Shown here: one piece after another, positions 1-11,253 of the stretch
Layout: each line of letters starts with the position of its first letter
How positions within the stretch are numbered: position 1 is the first letter of the stretch
Assembly (NCBI RefSeq): GCF_006345805.1
Contig: NC_043004.1
Coordinates: forward strand, 41,416,001 to 41,480,000
DNA length: 64,000 nucleotides
Reading direction: 5' to 3'
Source of the DNA: Octopus sinensis
Taxonomy: Eukaryota
The notes under the pieces: model-generated
What the model saw: the letters and a program-made list of their open reading frames with translations, nothing else
Databases searched by the model: none
Told to the model about the DNA's origin: nothing
Translations under genes and position numbers: made by a program

Positions 1-298
1 GAACCATGTGGCTGGTAAGTAAGCTACTTACCACACAGCCACTCATTCACATTGTTTTGAATTCATCGTGCATTACCTCATTGCTTCAAGATTTCTGTGA
101 TGTGATTGTTTATTTTTAGTATGGCATTGTTGTGTAGATGTAAAAGGTCAGATTTGGCCAGTTTGAACATGAAACAGGTATAATATTTGGTCTGGACATG
201 GGCAGTTTAAATGCTAAAGAGTTAAATGCCTCAGCTGTGGTAGGAAGAATCAAAATTATCCCCCATACAAAAGTAAACTTCTTTATCAGCCTGTTATT

Positions 299-684
299 GG
301 ATGGAAGCACTCCGTCGGTTACGACGACGAGGGTTCCGGTTGATCCGAATCAACGGAACAACCTGCTCGTGAAATTAACGTGTAAGTGGCTGAGCACTCC
401 ACAGACACGTGTACCCTTAACGTAGTTCTCGGGGATATTCAGTGTGACACAGAGAATGACAAGGCCGGCCCTTTGAAATACAGGTACAACAGAAACAGGA
501 AGTAAGAGTGAGAGAAAGTTGTGGTGAAAGACTACAGCAGGGATCACCACCATCCCCTGCCAGAGCCTCGTGGAGCTTTAGGTGTTTTCGCTCAATAAAC
601 ACTCACAACGCCCGGTCTGGGAATCGAAACCGCGATCCTATGACCGCGAGTCCGCTGCCCTAACCACTGGGCCATTGCGCCTCC
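299..684 (-). mobile_element. tRNA-derived SINE, full length
   Basis: Minus strand begins with a tRNA-like head (GGCGCAATGGCCCAGTGGTTAGGGC A box, GGTTTCGATTCCC B box). Flanked by a CCTGTTATT direct repeat at ~290 and ~683. Related heads at 17729 and 55730. Confidence 0.8.
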
Positions 685-929
685 TGTTATTATGGCTGAT
701 GACAAAAAGAACTGCAAGATAGCTTTGATGATACATATATCTGGTTTTGCATGAGGGCTAAAAACATATTATGTGAGCTTAAGATAAAAGAGGAGATTCA
801 CAGACACACTCCATTCATTTCTGTTTTTCCTGTACAGTTCTGGGTAGGTTTTGCTGGCCACTACCATTGCACTGAACACCAGGCCATATCAGATGTTATA
901 TTTTGGAGACTTCCAGTAGAAGCATGCTG

Positions 930-1355
930 GTAGAATTGTTAGTATGTTGGCTGAAATGTTTAGCAGCATTTCTTCCAGCTTTAGATTCTGAGTTCAGATT
1001 CCACCCAGGTCAACTTTGCTTTTCATCCTTTTGGGGTTGATAAAATAAGTATCAGTTGAACACTAGGATTGATATAATCAATTTGATTCTTCTCAAAATG
1101 TTGCTGATCTTGTGCTAAAATTTGAAAGAATGATTAAAAGCAGTGAACAGGTAGGATCATTGCAGCATCGGACAAAATGCTTAGCAGCATTTTTTCTAGC
1201 TTTATGTTCTGATTTCAAATGTCACTGAGATTGACCTTGCCTCTCATCCTTTCAGAGACAATAAAAATAAGTAACAGTTGAGCACTGGGGTCGATGTAAT
1301 TGACTAGCCCTCCCCTCAAATTTTCAGGCTTTGTGCCTATAGCAGAAAGGATATT
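930..1355 (+). mobile_element. Two degenerate tandem Meta-domain SINE copies
   Basis: GAGTTCA..TT B box followed by GCCTTTCATCCTTT.GGGGT.GATAAAATAAGTA.CAGTTGA, twice. Confidence 0.65.
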
Positions 1356-1959
1356 CTGGTGATTTCTGCAGCTCGATAGTAAATGAAGACTACTCAACAA
1401 CATTGATGTAATTGGCAGAGAAACACAAGATGAAACTGAGGGTCTATCAAAGCTAGTGAGGAACAAAGATCCTTAGACTGTGGCATGGCAAACTGCATCA
1501 TATTTGTAACCCCTGAGCATGCAGCAAGGAGGGAATACCTTTTAAACTACATCTAATATTGGTTTCAAATTTTGGCACAAGGCCAGAAATCTTGGGGGGA
1601 AGGGATACATTACTTAAATGAATTCCAGTAGTCAACTGATGCTTATTTTATGAAATTGAAAGAAGCCCAGTGTCTCTGTGTCTGTCTGTTTCTCAGCACC
1701 ATTTGACAACCAGTGTTGGTGTGTTTATGTCCCCATAGAATAGATTTATTCACCGTTCACTTCCTTTACATATTCTTTGTTACTATTCATGCAGTTTTGG
1801 TTACTGCTTCTGATGGGTTGTAGTACACCAGAGCACTGTATATAATAAGTTCATTATTATTATATATACATATCAGACTAGAGCCTGGTGCAGCCTCCAT
1901 GGCTTACCAGACCCCGGTCGAACCGCCCAACTCATGCTAGCATGGAAAATGGATGTTAA

Positions 1960-1991
<32 letters not shown>

Positions 1992-2150
1992 ATGTCCTGA
2001 GTTCAAATTCTGCAGAGGTTGACTTTGCCTTTCATCTTTTCGGGTTTGATGAAACAAGTACCAGTTGAGCACCGGAGTCAATGTAATCAACTTGCCCCTT
2101 CCCCTGAAATTTCAGGACTTGTGTCTCTAGTAGAAAGGATTATTACTTAC

Positions 2151-2249
2151 AGAAATTTCTGTTTTCAACCAATGCAACCAGTATAAACGGGGATCTAAAT
2201 TGGCATCTGGATCAACCATAATCAGAATATATGCATCATATGGCTCCTC
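2151..2249 (-). CDS. Coding exon 2 of secreted PEBP4-like phosphatidylethanolamine-binding protein (paralog A)
   Basis: 99 nt, phase 0/0, polypyrimidine-AAG acceptor and GTAAGT donor. Translates EEPYDAYILIMVDPDANLDPRLYWLHWLKTEIS, matching the PEBP signature YxLxMVDPDxP...WxHW. Confidence 0.85.
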
Positions 2250-2344
2250 CTTAGGAAAAAAAAGAAAAGAAAAAGGCATTAGATTTTTCAGGACAATTTT
2301 CAGACATGTCAGTAGTCTGAAGATAAAGAATACAGAAAATAATA

Positions 2345-2345
<1 letters not shown>

Positions 2346-2393
<48 letters not shown>

Positions 2394-2636
2394 ATATGTG
2401 TATATATACATGTGTGTATATATATATGTGTATATATATATGTGTGTGTGTGTATATATATATGTGTGTGTATATATATATGTGTGTGTATATATATATA
2501 TGTGTGTGTATATATATGTGTATGTATATATATATATGTGTGTGTATATATATGTGTATGTATATATATATATATGTGTGTGTATATATATGTGTATGTA
2601 TGTATATGTGTATGTATGTATATGTGTATGTATATA

Positions 2637-2705
<69 letters not shown>

Positions 2706-2742
2706 GTGTATATATATATATATGTGTGTGTGTGTATATATA

Positions 2743-2785
<43 letters not shown>

Positions 2786-3054
2786 AGTATATATATATAT
2801 ATATAAGTATATATATATAAGTATATATATATATGTATATATATGTATATATATATGTGTGTGTATATATATGTGTATGTATATATATACATATGTGTGT
2901 GTGTATATATATGTGTATGTATATATATATATATGTGTGTGTGTATATATATGTGTATGTATATATATATATATGTGTGTGTATATATATGTGTATGTAT
3001 ATATATGTGTATGTATTATATATGTGTATATATATATATAATATATATATATAT

Positions 3055-3085
<31 letters not shown>

Positions 3086-3238
3086 GTGTATATATATATA
3101 TATGTGTGTGTGTATATATATATATGTGTATATAATATATATATATATAGTATATATATATATATATAAGTATATATATATAAGTATATATATAAGTATA
3201 TATATATGTATATATATGTATATATATATATGTGTATA

Positions 3239-3271
<33 letters not shown>

Positions 3272-3272
3272 G
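2346..3272. repeat. Compound (TA)n/(TG)n microsatellite
   Basis: About 0.9 kb of alternating TA/TG dinucleotide runs. Confidence 0.95.
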
Positions 3273-3297
3273 GGTGTGTGTGATTGTGTAGAGAAGA

Positions 3298-3735
3298 ATA
3301 TATTAATAAAAGGAATTCCAACCTTGTCTGATTTTCACGTTTTATTTACAATCTTATAATGATATATTATAAGATAATATATTATAATAGAATAAAATAA
3401 AATAGTAGAATGTTAAATATTCATTCTGATTGAACTAGTACTTTCATGCATTAAATTCTGCAATCTTCAGGTTCATGTAGTAGTGGTGACAGTCATGCTT
3501 CACAATTTTATAATCCACAGTCAAAAATTGTGAAGCATGACTGTCACCACTACTACATGAACCAGAAGATTGCAGAATTTAATGCATGAAAGTACTAGTT
3601 CAATCAGAATGAATATTTAACATTCTACTATTTTATTTTATTCTATTATAATATATTATCTTATAATATATCATTATAAGATTGTAAATAAAACGTGAAA
3701 ATCAGACAAGGTTGGAATTCCTTTTATTAATATAT
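3298..3735. mobile_element. Penelope-type pseudo-LTR fold-back (~212-bp arms, 14-nt loop) with a hammerhead motif in each arm
   Basis: 3298-3509 is the reverse complement of 3524-3735 with one substitution seen. Lies between (TA)n tracts. Confidence 0.75.
3431..3475 (-). ncRNA. Minimal type I hammerhead ribozyme
   Basis: TGAAC-CTGAAGA-ttgca..tgcat-GAAA-GTAC-TA-GTTCA: 5-bp stem I, CUGANGA core, palindromic AGTACT stem III. Confidence 0.65.
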
Positions 3736-3771
3736 ATATATATATATGTATATACATATATGTATATATGT

Positions 3772-4214
3772 AAAGGATTTTTAGGGGGCTGTACCTCTGA
3801 AAAACCTAAACCTTGTGTATAATATGCACTCCTCTAACTTGTGTTGTACACAATTAAGCTAGCAGCATCTAGTCGAACAAACATTTCTGTGCATGCATAA
3901 TACAATAATGGTGATGTTCTTAACTGTTATATGGAAATGTAAATATGTTTGCAAATTGTTTTTGTTATATGTTATTCTGTGTTCTGCAAGTTATGGATGA
4001 TTCTATTATGATTTCATTTCTTTCAGGCTTAGCTTAAGGTATTTTCACGCCCAACATCACAAAATGCGTCTGAATAAACATTGCCGGACAGCAAATAGAC
4101 TCGGACATTGCTTAGAAAATATTTTTCGTTTTTAACCTCGTATATAGTACACACTAGGGATTTTGACCTTTAAATTTTTGGAAAAAAATGTGGATTATGC
4201 TCGAGGATTTATGG
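3772..4214 (+). mobile_element. Truncated copy of the Tc1/mariner-type MITE seen complete at 43106-43628
   Basis: Colinear similarity to 43150-43628, ending in a degenerate TIR ...GCTCGAGGATTTATGG|TA. Confidence 0.75.
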
Positions 4215-4230
4215 TACATATACATATGCA

Positions 4231-4267
<37 letters not shown>

Positions 4268-5022
4268 AGTGTGTATGTACACACACACACACATAATGTA
4301 CTGCTCTGTGATGGTAAGATCAACAAAAAAGTACTGCATCTGGTGAGAAATAAATATTATTTAACAGACACAATATGTGTTTTTATGTGCTACTAATAGT
4401 TTCTTGTGCTGAAAACATGCCAAACAATGTTTTATCATATGTCTGACATCTCAGCACAGTCATCAAACATAACCCACATGGCATAATGAACTAAAAATTA
4501 AATGAGAGAAGAAACGAGAAAAGATGAGATGGAAGTATATAGAAAAATTGGAAGGTTAAAAAAAGCAGAAAACAAAAAAAAGTTATTATAAAGAAGTAAA
4601 AGGGGGGGGGATCTCCCTTAGACCGTAAATTATAATGCTGGGAAAATAGTGACTTAGAATTTATGGTAGAAGAGGAACTTCTCAAAGCTACTAAGTTGGT
4701 TAGCCACATATGGGGTTTGAAATCTAATGCAATACCACATAAAATAAAGTGGAAAGTAATTGAAAAATTCACACCTTATATTAACAGATGCAAAAAAAAA
4801 AAAAAAATGTAAGCTATGGTTAGCTGAAAGAGCTCAGATCTAAGATCTCTAACTCACTGCAGGACTCTAAATCTGAAATTTTCAGTAGTTGTAAACTGAT
4901 GCCTAATATCCTGTTGAAGGAATGGGAATTACCTCCTCTGCCTGATTATACTATAAACTCTAAATCTGATCCATGTGAGCATGGAAGATTGGGTGTTTTA
5001 TATACATACATACATATATATA

Positions 5023-5248
5023 TTTCTTTATTGCCCACAAGTGGCTAAACATAGAGGGGACAAACAAGGACAGACAAAGGGATTAAGTCGATTACATCGA
5101 CCCCAATGCGAAACTGGTACTTTATTTATCTGAAAGGATGAAAGGCAAAGTCGACCTCGGTGAAATTTGAACTCAGAACGTAAAGACAGACGAAATACAG
5201 CTACGCATTTTGCCTGGCATGCTAACGTTTCTGCCAGCTCGCCACCTT
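5023..5248 (-). mobile_element. Meta-domain tRNA SINE, full length
   Basis: Head GGCGAGCTGGCAGAAACGTTAGC, B box GAGTTCAAATT, Meta-like core, tail ...TTGTGGGCAATAAAGAAAT. Confidence 0.8.
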
Positions 5249-5284
5249 CTCATATATACATACACACACACACACACATAGGTG

Positions 5285-5640
5285 ATGCATTAGGTACGAA
5301 TAATTACAGATGTATCAAGTTGCTGGATCAGGTAATGAAGCTCACAGAGAGGGTCATAGCCCAACTAATTAGGGAGAGAGTTAGTTTAGATGGGATGCAG
5401 TTTGGGTTTGTGCCAGAGGAAAGCACAACTGATTTCTGGTAAGACAACTGCAGGAGAAATACCTAGCCAAAGATAAACCTGTGTACCTGGGTTTCATTGA
5501 TATGGAGAAAGCCATCTACCTGAAGGGATTTGAGATTTGTCTACCTTCCTAGTTATTAAGATTTTGGTTTTTGCTAGATTGACTCTAAGGCCCTTCAATT
5601 CTAGACCTTGCTTCCACACCTGAAACTTCTCCCTAACCAC
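5285..5640. mobile_element. Rearranged RTE-clade LINE reverse transcriptase fragments
   Basis: Plus: NYRCIKLLDQVMKLTERVIAQLIRERVSLDGMQFGFVP. Abutting minus: EKFQVWKQGLELKGLRVNLAKTKIL. Both are LINE RT motifs. Confidence 0.75.
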
Positions 5641-7019
5641 TCTATCCCTAGTTTCTGCATTGACCACCAGAAAAGCAATTGAGGAGACAGGATATTTGTG
5701 GGCAGGAGAATGGAACACATCTATTTATAATTGAGAACCAATTAGTTGAGCCGTCTTTCACTGAAAGCGGTTCCAGATATCTTAGTACATTGCAGCAGCA
5801 TCGCCAAAAATGAATTTCATAAATCATTGAAAATATCTAAAAATATTAGAATGAAGTAGTTCAGTTGATGGAACTCGTTAAAGCCAAAACAATGCACAAT
5901 GAGATACAAAGGTGAACTACAAAAGTGAAGACAGAACAACAGTTGAAGCTTTATCGTGTATTTTTTCTGTATCCATATTCTACCAACATGCCTTACAGAA
6001 ACATAATGAAGCAATGAACAATATTGAAATAAAAATTCTGCCCACATGTCACACACATGTATGCAAGATCTGTCACTCTGACAGGTTACAGAAGCAGTAC
6101 GCATCATACCACACAAGCAGGAGAACCCAGTTATGCCTGTCAGACAATTTCTGCGACCACATCACCATAACTCCCTAGACTGCAAGCCCCTTGATTATCA
6201 TAATAAAGAAACCCTCTCAGGTACATCTGATCGACAAGAGTCAACATACTCAAAGCATCGATGTCACAGATTCCAAACACTGGGCAACACTGACCAAATG
6301 GGTGTGTTTTCACACTTTTTTTTTACCATAAGAGAAAATTTTTCTCCGTGGTAACTTGGTAACTGCAGTATATTTGCCTTCAGCAGTTGACATATGTGAC
6401 AAGCATATTTCAACTAACTTAAATTGTGATTATATATATATATATATATATATATATTCACACACACGTATACATATGACAGCTTACTCCAGCTGTTGCT
6501 TTATTTACATTAATGACTTTTGTGTTAAAACTTTAAGATAAATTATATTGATCTTAACTAATCAATAAAAAATCAATTACGGCTGATATAGCTTTGTTTG
6601 AATGATGCAACTGCTGTTGTTATTTCCATTGTAACTTCCTTCATGTTTTGACAGATATTTCCATAGTTCTTGTTTCAAATTTAGAGTGGACTGTTTTGAT
6701 ATTGCTTTTCAGTTGTGTTATTTATGTTTATATTTATGCTTTGTATTTGCTTGCTCTTACAATCATGTTATGTTTGGGAATGTGTTTTAGTGTGTGTATG
6801 TGTGTGGCTGATAGTATTTACCATTTTAGCATCACACACACACATACACACACACACACACACGTATATGTATGCCTGTGTCTGATCAGTCTTTGTCCTG
6901 TGACCAGTGTAGTTGTGTCTGCTAGGAATGAGGAAAAATATTTTGTTTCAGTCATTTTAATTGTTTCAACTATGGCTATTCTAAGGCACCGCCTTGAAGA
7001 AATTTTCGTCAAATGAATC

Positions 7020-7305
7020 GACCCCCGGCACTATTTTTTAAAGCCTGGTACTTTTTCTATTGATCTCTGTTACTGGACTGTTAAGGACATAAACACACCA
7101 ACACTGGTGGCAAACACAGACACATGGCATACACACACACACATATGATGGAATTCTTTCAGTTTCCGTCTGACAAATCCACTTACAAAGCTTTGGTCGG
7201 GCTGATGGTATATCAGAAGACACTTGCCCAAGGGCCACACTGTGAGACTGAACCTGGAACCATGTGGTTGGGAAGCAAGCTTCTTACCACACAGCCACAC
7301 CTGCT
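7020..7305 (-). mobile_element. tRNA-derived SINE with CORE-like CCTTGGGCAAGTG domain
   Basis: Head GTGTGGTAAGAAGCTTGCTTCCCAACCACATGGTTCCAGGTTCAGTC; same head at 1-43, 12825-13003 and 52985-53105. Confidence 0.7.
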
Positions 7306-7479
7306 CCTAAGGATCAAGACTTTAGGAATTCTGTAAAGGAAATGGATAGACATCTTCAACACAAACTTCAGGAAACAACCAGACACTTGCTCAGATCTCA
7401 ATCAAGTAAACATGCAAACCAAACAAATTTCATTCACACCAGGGAAGACCCGGCAGGACAAGTGAGACTATAACCTGTG

Positions 7480-7998
7480 GCCTCTACCTGGGGTGTAGCC
7501 AGTCTGCTTATGCATACCTTTCCTTCTTGGGACACAAAACTCTACTTATGAAGACCTGTTGAGGCAAATGAAAATCGAAATCGATCAACATCAATGGAAA
7601 TTGGTGCTGTGATACCAGTGCCGGTGGCATGTAAGTGAACCATCCGAATGTGGCCATTGCCAGCGCCGCCCCGACTGGCCTCCATTCCGGTGGCACGTAA
7701 AAAGCACCATCCGATTGTGGCTGTTGCCAGCGTCGTCTGGCCTCCATGCTGGTGGCACGTAAAAAGCACCATCTGATCGTGGCCGTTTGGAGCCTTGTCT
7801 GGCACCTGTGCCGGTGGCACGTAAAAACCACCCACTACACTCATGGAGTGGTTGGCGTTAGGAGGCGCATCCAGCTGTAGAAACACTGCCAGATCAGACT
7901 GGAGCCTGGTGCAGCCTCCTGGCTTCCCAGACCCCGGTCAAACCGTCCAGCCCATGCTAGCACGGAAAATGGACATTAAACGATGATGATGATGATGA
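7480..7998 (+). mobile_element. Retroposon with (GAT)n tail and internal ~60-bp repeats
   Basis: Ends CATGCTAGCA.GGAAAA.GGAC.TTAAACGATGATGAT. GGTGGCACGTAAAAAGCACC is repeated internally. The same tail occurs at ~1875-1990, 13008-13255, 16914-17063, 62280-62605 and 62965-63125. Confidence 0.7.
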
Positions 7999-8039
7999 CT
8001 TTCCAACACTTGTTGACTGTTCACCAAAATTATGATTGT

Positions 8040-8084
8040 CACACGCCGATGACGGGTCAATACTCTGAAACTCGAGTCCGTGTG
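8040..8084 (+). ncRNA. Minimal type I hammerhead ribozyme with one core substitution
   Basis: CACACG-CCGATGA-cgggt caat actct-GAAAC-TCGA-GTC-CGTGTG: 6-bp stem I, palindromic ACTCGAGT, GUC site; CUGA is changed to CCGA. Confidence 0.6.
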
Positions 8085-8278
8085 TATCATAAGTTGAAGA
8101 CGGGAAGGATGGCTTCCCTGTGCAAATACTGATAGGGCACAGAAAGTGTGTCTATAGCCAGCTGGAGGAGGTGTCCTCCTGGGGCGACAAACTACAGAAG
8201 CATCTACCCTTAGGGGTTAGCCATATTCAAATGGCAAATATACGTCACTATATATATATATATATATATATATCTCTC

Positions 8279-8646
8279 TCTATATAAACGGCAGTTTGTC
8301 TGTGCGTGTTTCTGTGTGTCTATTTGCTTGTACCCTCACCCTGACCACGGCTTTCAACCGATTCTGATGAAACTTGACACACACATAGCCCAATATCATA
8401 ATTCAAAACTAACGCAGCGAAAATTTTGAAAAGTTCCCCCAGTTCTGAACAAAATCGATAAATTCGACATGGGGTCGAGAATCAGAAACACAAACCGCAA
8501 ACCGTCTAGGGGACGCAACTCCACCTTTTTTACTCTCAAAAAAATTTACCATCATTTTTTTCCATTTTTTGGGGGCTATAACTCTCTAAAAATGCTTTAT
8601 AGTTATTTCCCTTACAAACCTGAGCAACGCCGGGCGATACTGCTAG
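8279..8646 (+). mobile_element. Non-autonomous Helitron
   Basis: 5' TC, 3' hairpin CCTGAGCAACGCCGGG followed by CTAG|T; family repeated in the window. Confidence 0.75.
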
Positions 8647-8785
8647 TGTATATATAAGTTCAGCAAAAATTTAGATTCAAATGAATATGGTACTTAATTT
8701 TAGATGCACCAGAATTCTGTATGGTGTTATCCATAAAAATTGGTGGGGTGATTATAATCAAAATAAGCAACAAGAATGACTCCGG

Positions 8786-8879
8786 TAATTTGGTACGATC
8801 GTTTCGTACTACATCATTTTATTAAATGTTGTAAGTATTACAACAGTTTTAAAATGCTGAGTACTCATCAGCCAATTAT
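8786..8879 (-). ncRNA. Type I hammerhead ribozyme with extended stem II, in a Penelope-type pLTR fragment (~8655-9000)
   Basis: TTGG-CTGATGA-GTACT...AGTAC-GAAAC-GATC-GTA-CCAA. The downstream flank is homologous to 53740-53830. Confidence 0.75.
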
Positions 8880-9007
8880 AGGGGTTTTCCATTAATACAA
8901 ACATTTTCATATCAAGTGGCAATATTATAGAGAAGGTAGATACATAGACAAAGATGTGGATTTAAATTTTAAGAACATTTGAGGTAGTGGAACTCATCAA
9001 CTGACTC

Positions 9008-9087
<80 letters not shown>

Positions 9088-9166
9088 GTGTGTGTATGTA
9101 TTTATGTGTGTGTATGTATATATATTTGTGTAAGAAAGTATATGTGTACCTGTGTTTTTATGCGCA

Positions 9167-9384
9167 TGGCGAGCTGGCAGAAACGTTAGCACGCCGGGCG
9201 AAATGCGTAGCCGTATTTCATCTGCCGTTACGTTCTGAGTTCAAATTCCGCCGAGGTCGACTTTGTCTTTCATTCTTTCGGAGTCGATAAATTAAGTACC
9301 AGCTACGCACTGGGGTCGATGTAATCGACTTAATCCCTTTCTCTGTCCCCTCTGTGTTTAGCCCCTTGTGGGCAATAAAGAAAT
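9167..9384 (+). mobile_element. Meta-domain tRNA SINE
   Basis: Full head, B box, Meta-like core and CCCCTTGTGGGCAATAAAGAAAT tail. Confidence 0.85.
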
Positions 9385-9575
9385 ATATATGTATAAATCA
9401 GCTGACTTGATCAATGATAGTTATGCGACGGTTACCGAAAGAATGCTGCGATTCAGCTGGAAAAAAAACATTGAAGAAATAAAATTTTTTTTTTACGGAA
9501 ATTGTCAAAGGAATACTTTCACCCCCTCACGTAAGGCTATCAAAAAAGATTGCCCGTTAATAAAGAGAAACGTAC

Positions 9576-9782
9576 CTTAATTTCTGGATAAAACACAGTA
9601 GGCGCTTTGTTCGTTTCGTCTTTCCGCATCGTATAACCACATTGAAAGTATAACTTCAGTGGACGAAGAATTAGATGTTTCTTGGTACACAAGGTGGTAT
9701 TGCTACCGCCTTTTGCTGAACTGCGATAGACCATGTTGAAAAGCAACAGGATAAACACACCCCAAACATTCCGGAAGATCAT
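9576..9782 (-). CDS. Coding exon 1 of secreted PEBP4-like protein (paralog A)
   Basis: ATG at 9782, 69 codons, AAG|GTACGT phase-0 donor that joins exon 2 in frame. MIFRNVWGVFILLLF signal peptide, then LC...CG...KAPTVFYP PEBP N-terminus. Homologous to the exon at 35275. Confidence 0.8.
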
Positions 9783-10076
9783 TTTTGCTTTTTATGTTTC
9801 AAACAATCTATTATTAACTGTGTCGTTCATAGAATTTAGATATAAGACTGATGTTGCAGCTTCCGTGACTGCTGCGTAGATCAAACTGACTTTATTTGTT
9901 ATTACTTTTTCTGCTTTGAATGAAACAACATTTGAATTTTTATCTTCCGTTTTAATAATTGTATTATTTAGCGATTGGTTAATTTTACGCGCACGTGTAT
10001 TGTTTGTTTGGCGTGTTTACACATAGCGCGTGCGCGTGTGCAAATATATATATATATACGAGAATATAGCGTTTTG

Positions 10077-10395
10077 GGTACTACTTGAGAACAGTGGTCC
10101 CGGTGCGCGATCCCGCGTACTCGCGCATCCGCGCCTGCTAGTCATGACTAGTCGATCCTTACTTTGCGTTTTTTGTGTTATTTACTTTGTTAAAAAAATT
10201 ATTTACTTTGTGTTTTTGTTGTTTTATTTGCTTTATTTAACAAAAATTATTTACTTTGTGCCAAAAAAATGATCTATTTTGTGTTTTATTTACTTTGCTA
10301 GGTAGTCGTTCTAGGATCGACTAGTCACGACTAGCTAGCACGGATGCGCGACTGCGCGTGTGCGCGCACCGGGACCACTGTTCGCTAGTAGTACC
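10077..10395. mobile_element. CpG-rich MITE with long TIRs and 8-bp TSD (Merlin-like)
   Basis: Imperfect ~85-bp TIRs starting GGTACTACT..GAACAGTGGTCCCGGTGCGCG; perfect GCGTTTTG duplication on both sides. Confidence 0.8.
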
Positions 10396-10698
10396 GCGTT
10401 TTGTACACAGTATTTCTACTTCGTTTCTACCAGTTGTATAAACAGCTGCTTTACACACACACACACTCACACGTATATATGTATTGCTAATGGTAGCGTC
10501 CTTATACGATGTTTGAAGCACGACTGCGGAGGTAAAGAATACGCACATCACCCGTTTTCGGCGTAACCCTAGTTCGAACCTTAACCATAACCTTAAACCT
10601 AAACGGGTTGGTGTTAGGACTCGCAAAAAAAACCGATAATTCCCAAAACCGAGTTCAAGGATAAGTAATTCTCAAAACTGGCAAGTGTGAGCAAGAAA

Positions 10699-11093
10699 TC
10701 TTTATATATAAAAGTCAAGTTGTATGTCTGTCTCCTACGATTTAGATTCCTAACTACTCCCACATTTTGCGGTGCAGTTTAACCAAAACCGGGTATCTTA
10801 TAGTCGTGATTCATATCGAGCCCTTCTGGGTATTAGCGCGCGTCTACGATGAGTCTACGATTTAAAAAAAAATTTGCCATTTTTTTCCATTTTAATGCTT
10901 TTTTCGATATTATATAAGGGAAGTAACTCTCTAAAAATGTCTACGATGAGTCAACGATTTAAAAAAAAATTTACCATAATTTTTTTGCATTTTTAATGCA
11001 TTATTTTGCTATTTTTTGGCTATAACTCTCTAAAAATGCTTATGTAGTTATTTCCCTTACAAACCCGAGCAACGCCAGGCGATACTGCTATAG
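10699..11093 (+). mobile_element. Non-autonomous Helitron
   Basis: A|TCTTTATATATAAAAG start; CCCGAGCAACGCCAGGCGATACTGCTA end. Confidence 0.75.
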
Positions 11094-11253
11094 TAAATTA
11101 TGTTTGTTAACCAAAAACATTGCCTTCTGATGTTTATCGTTACCTTAACGCAAGTACACACACACACACACAGAGAAAGAAAGCAGTTTCTTGATTTGTA
11201 CATACGTACAACTTTCATTTTGGGAATCTGTGTGTATGTGTCTTGTATTTTTT

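Noticed and set aside
610-684. tRNA-like sequences (also 17729, 42018, 55730)
   Set aside because: They are SINE heads continuing into repeat bodies; no complete cloverleaf or terminator.
820-933. Apparent plus-strand exon after TTTTTCCTGTACAG (FAGHYHCTEHQAISDVIFW)
   Set aside because: Resembles the RTE C-terminus (FAGHCCRAENKAISTLLL at ~13.6 kb); more likely a LINE remnant.
2200-3359. YI/CV-rich ORFs here and at 15-23 kb, 42.7 kb and 53 kb
   Set aside because: Translations of (TA)n/(TG)n microsatellites.
6030-6300. Possible GIY-YIG remnant (CHTHVCKIC...LSDNFCDH)
   Set aside because: Too degenerate to support.
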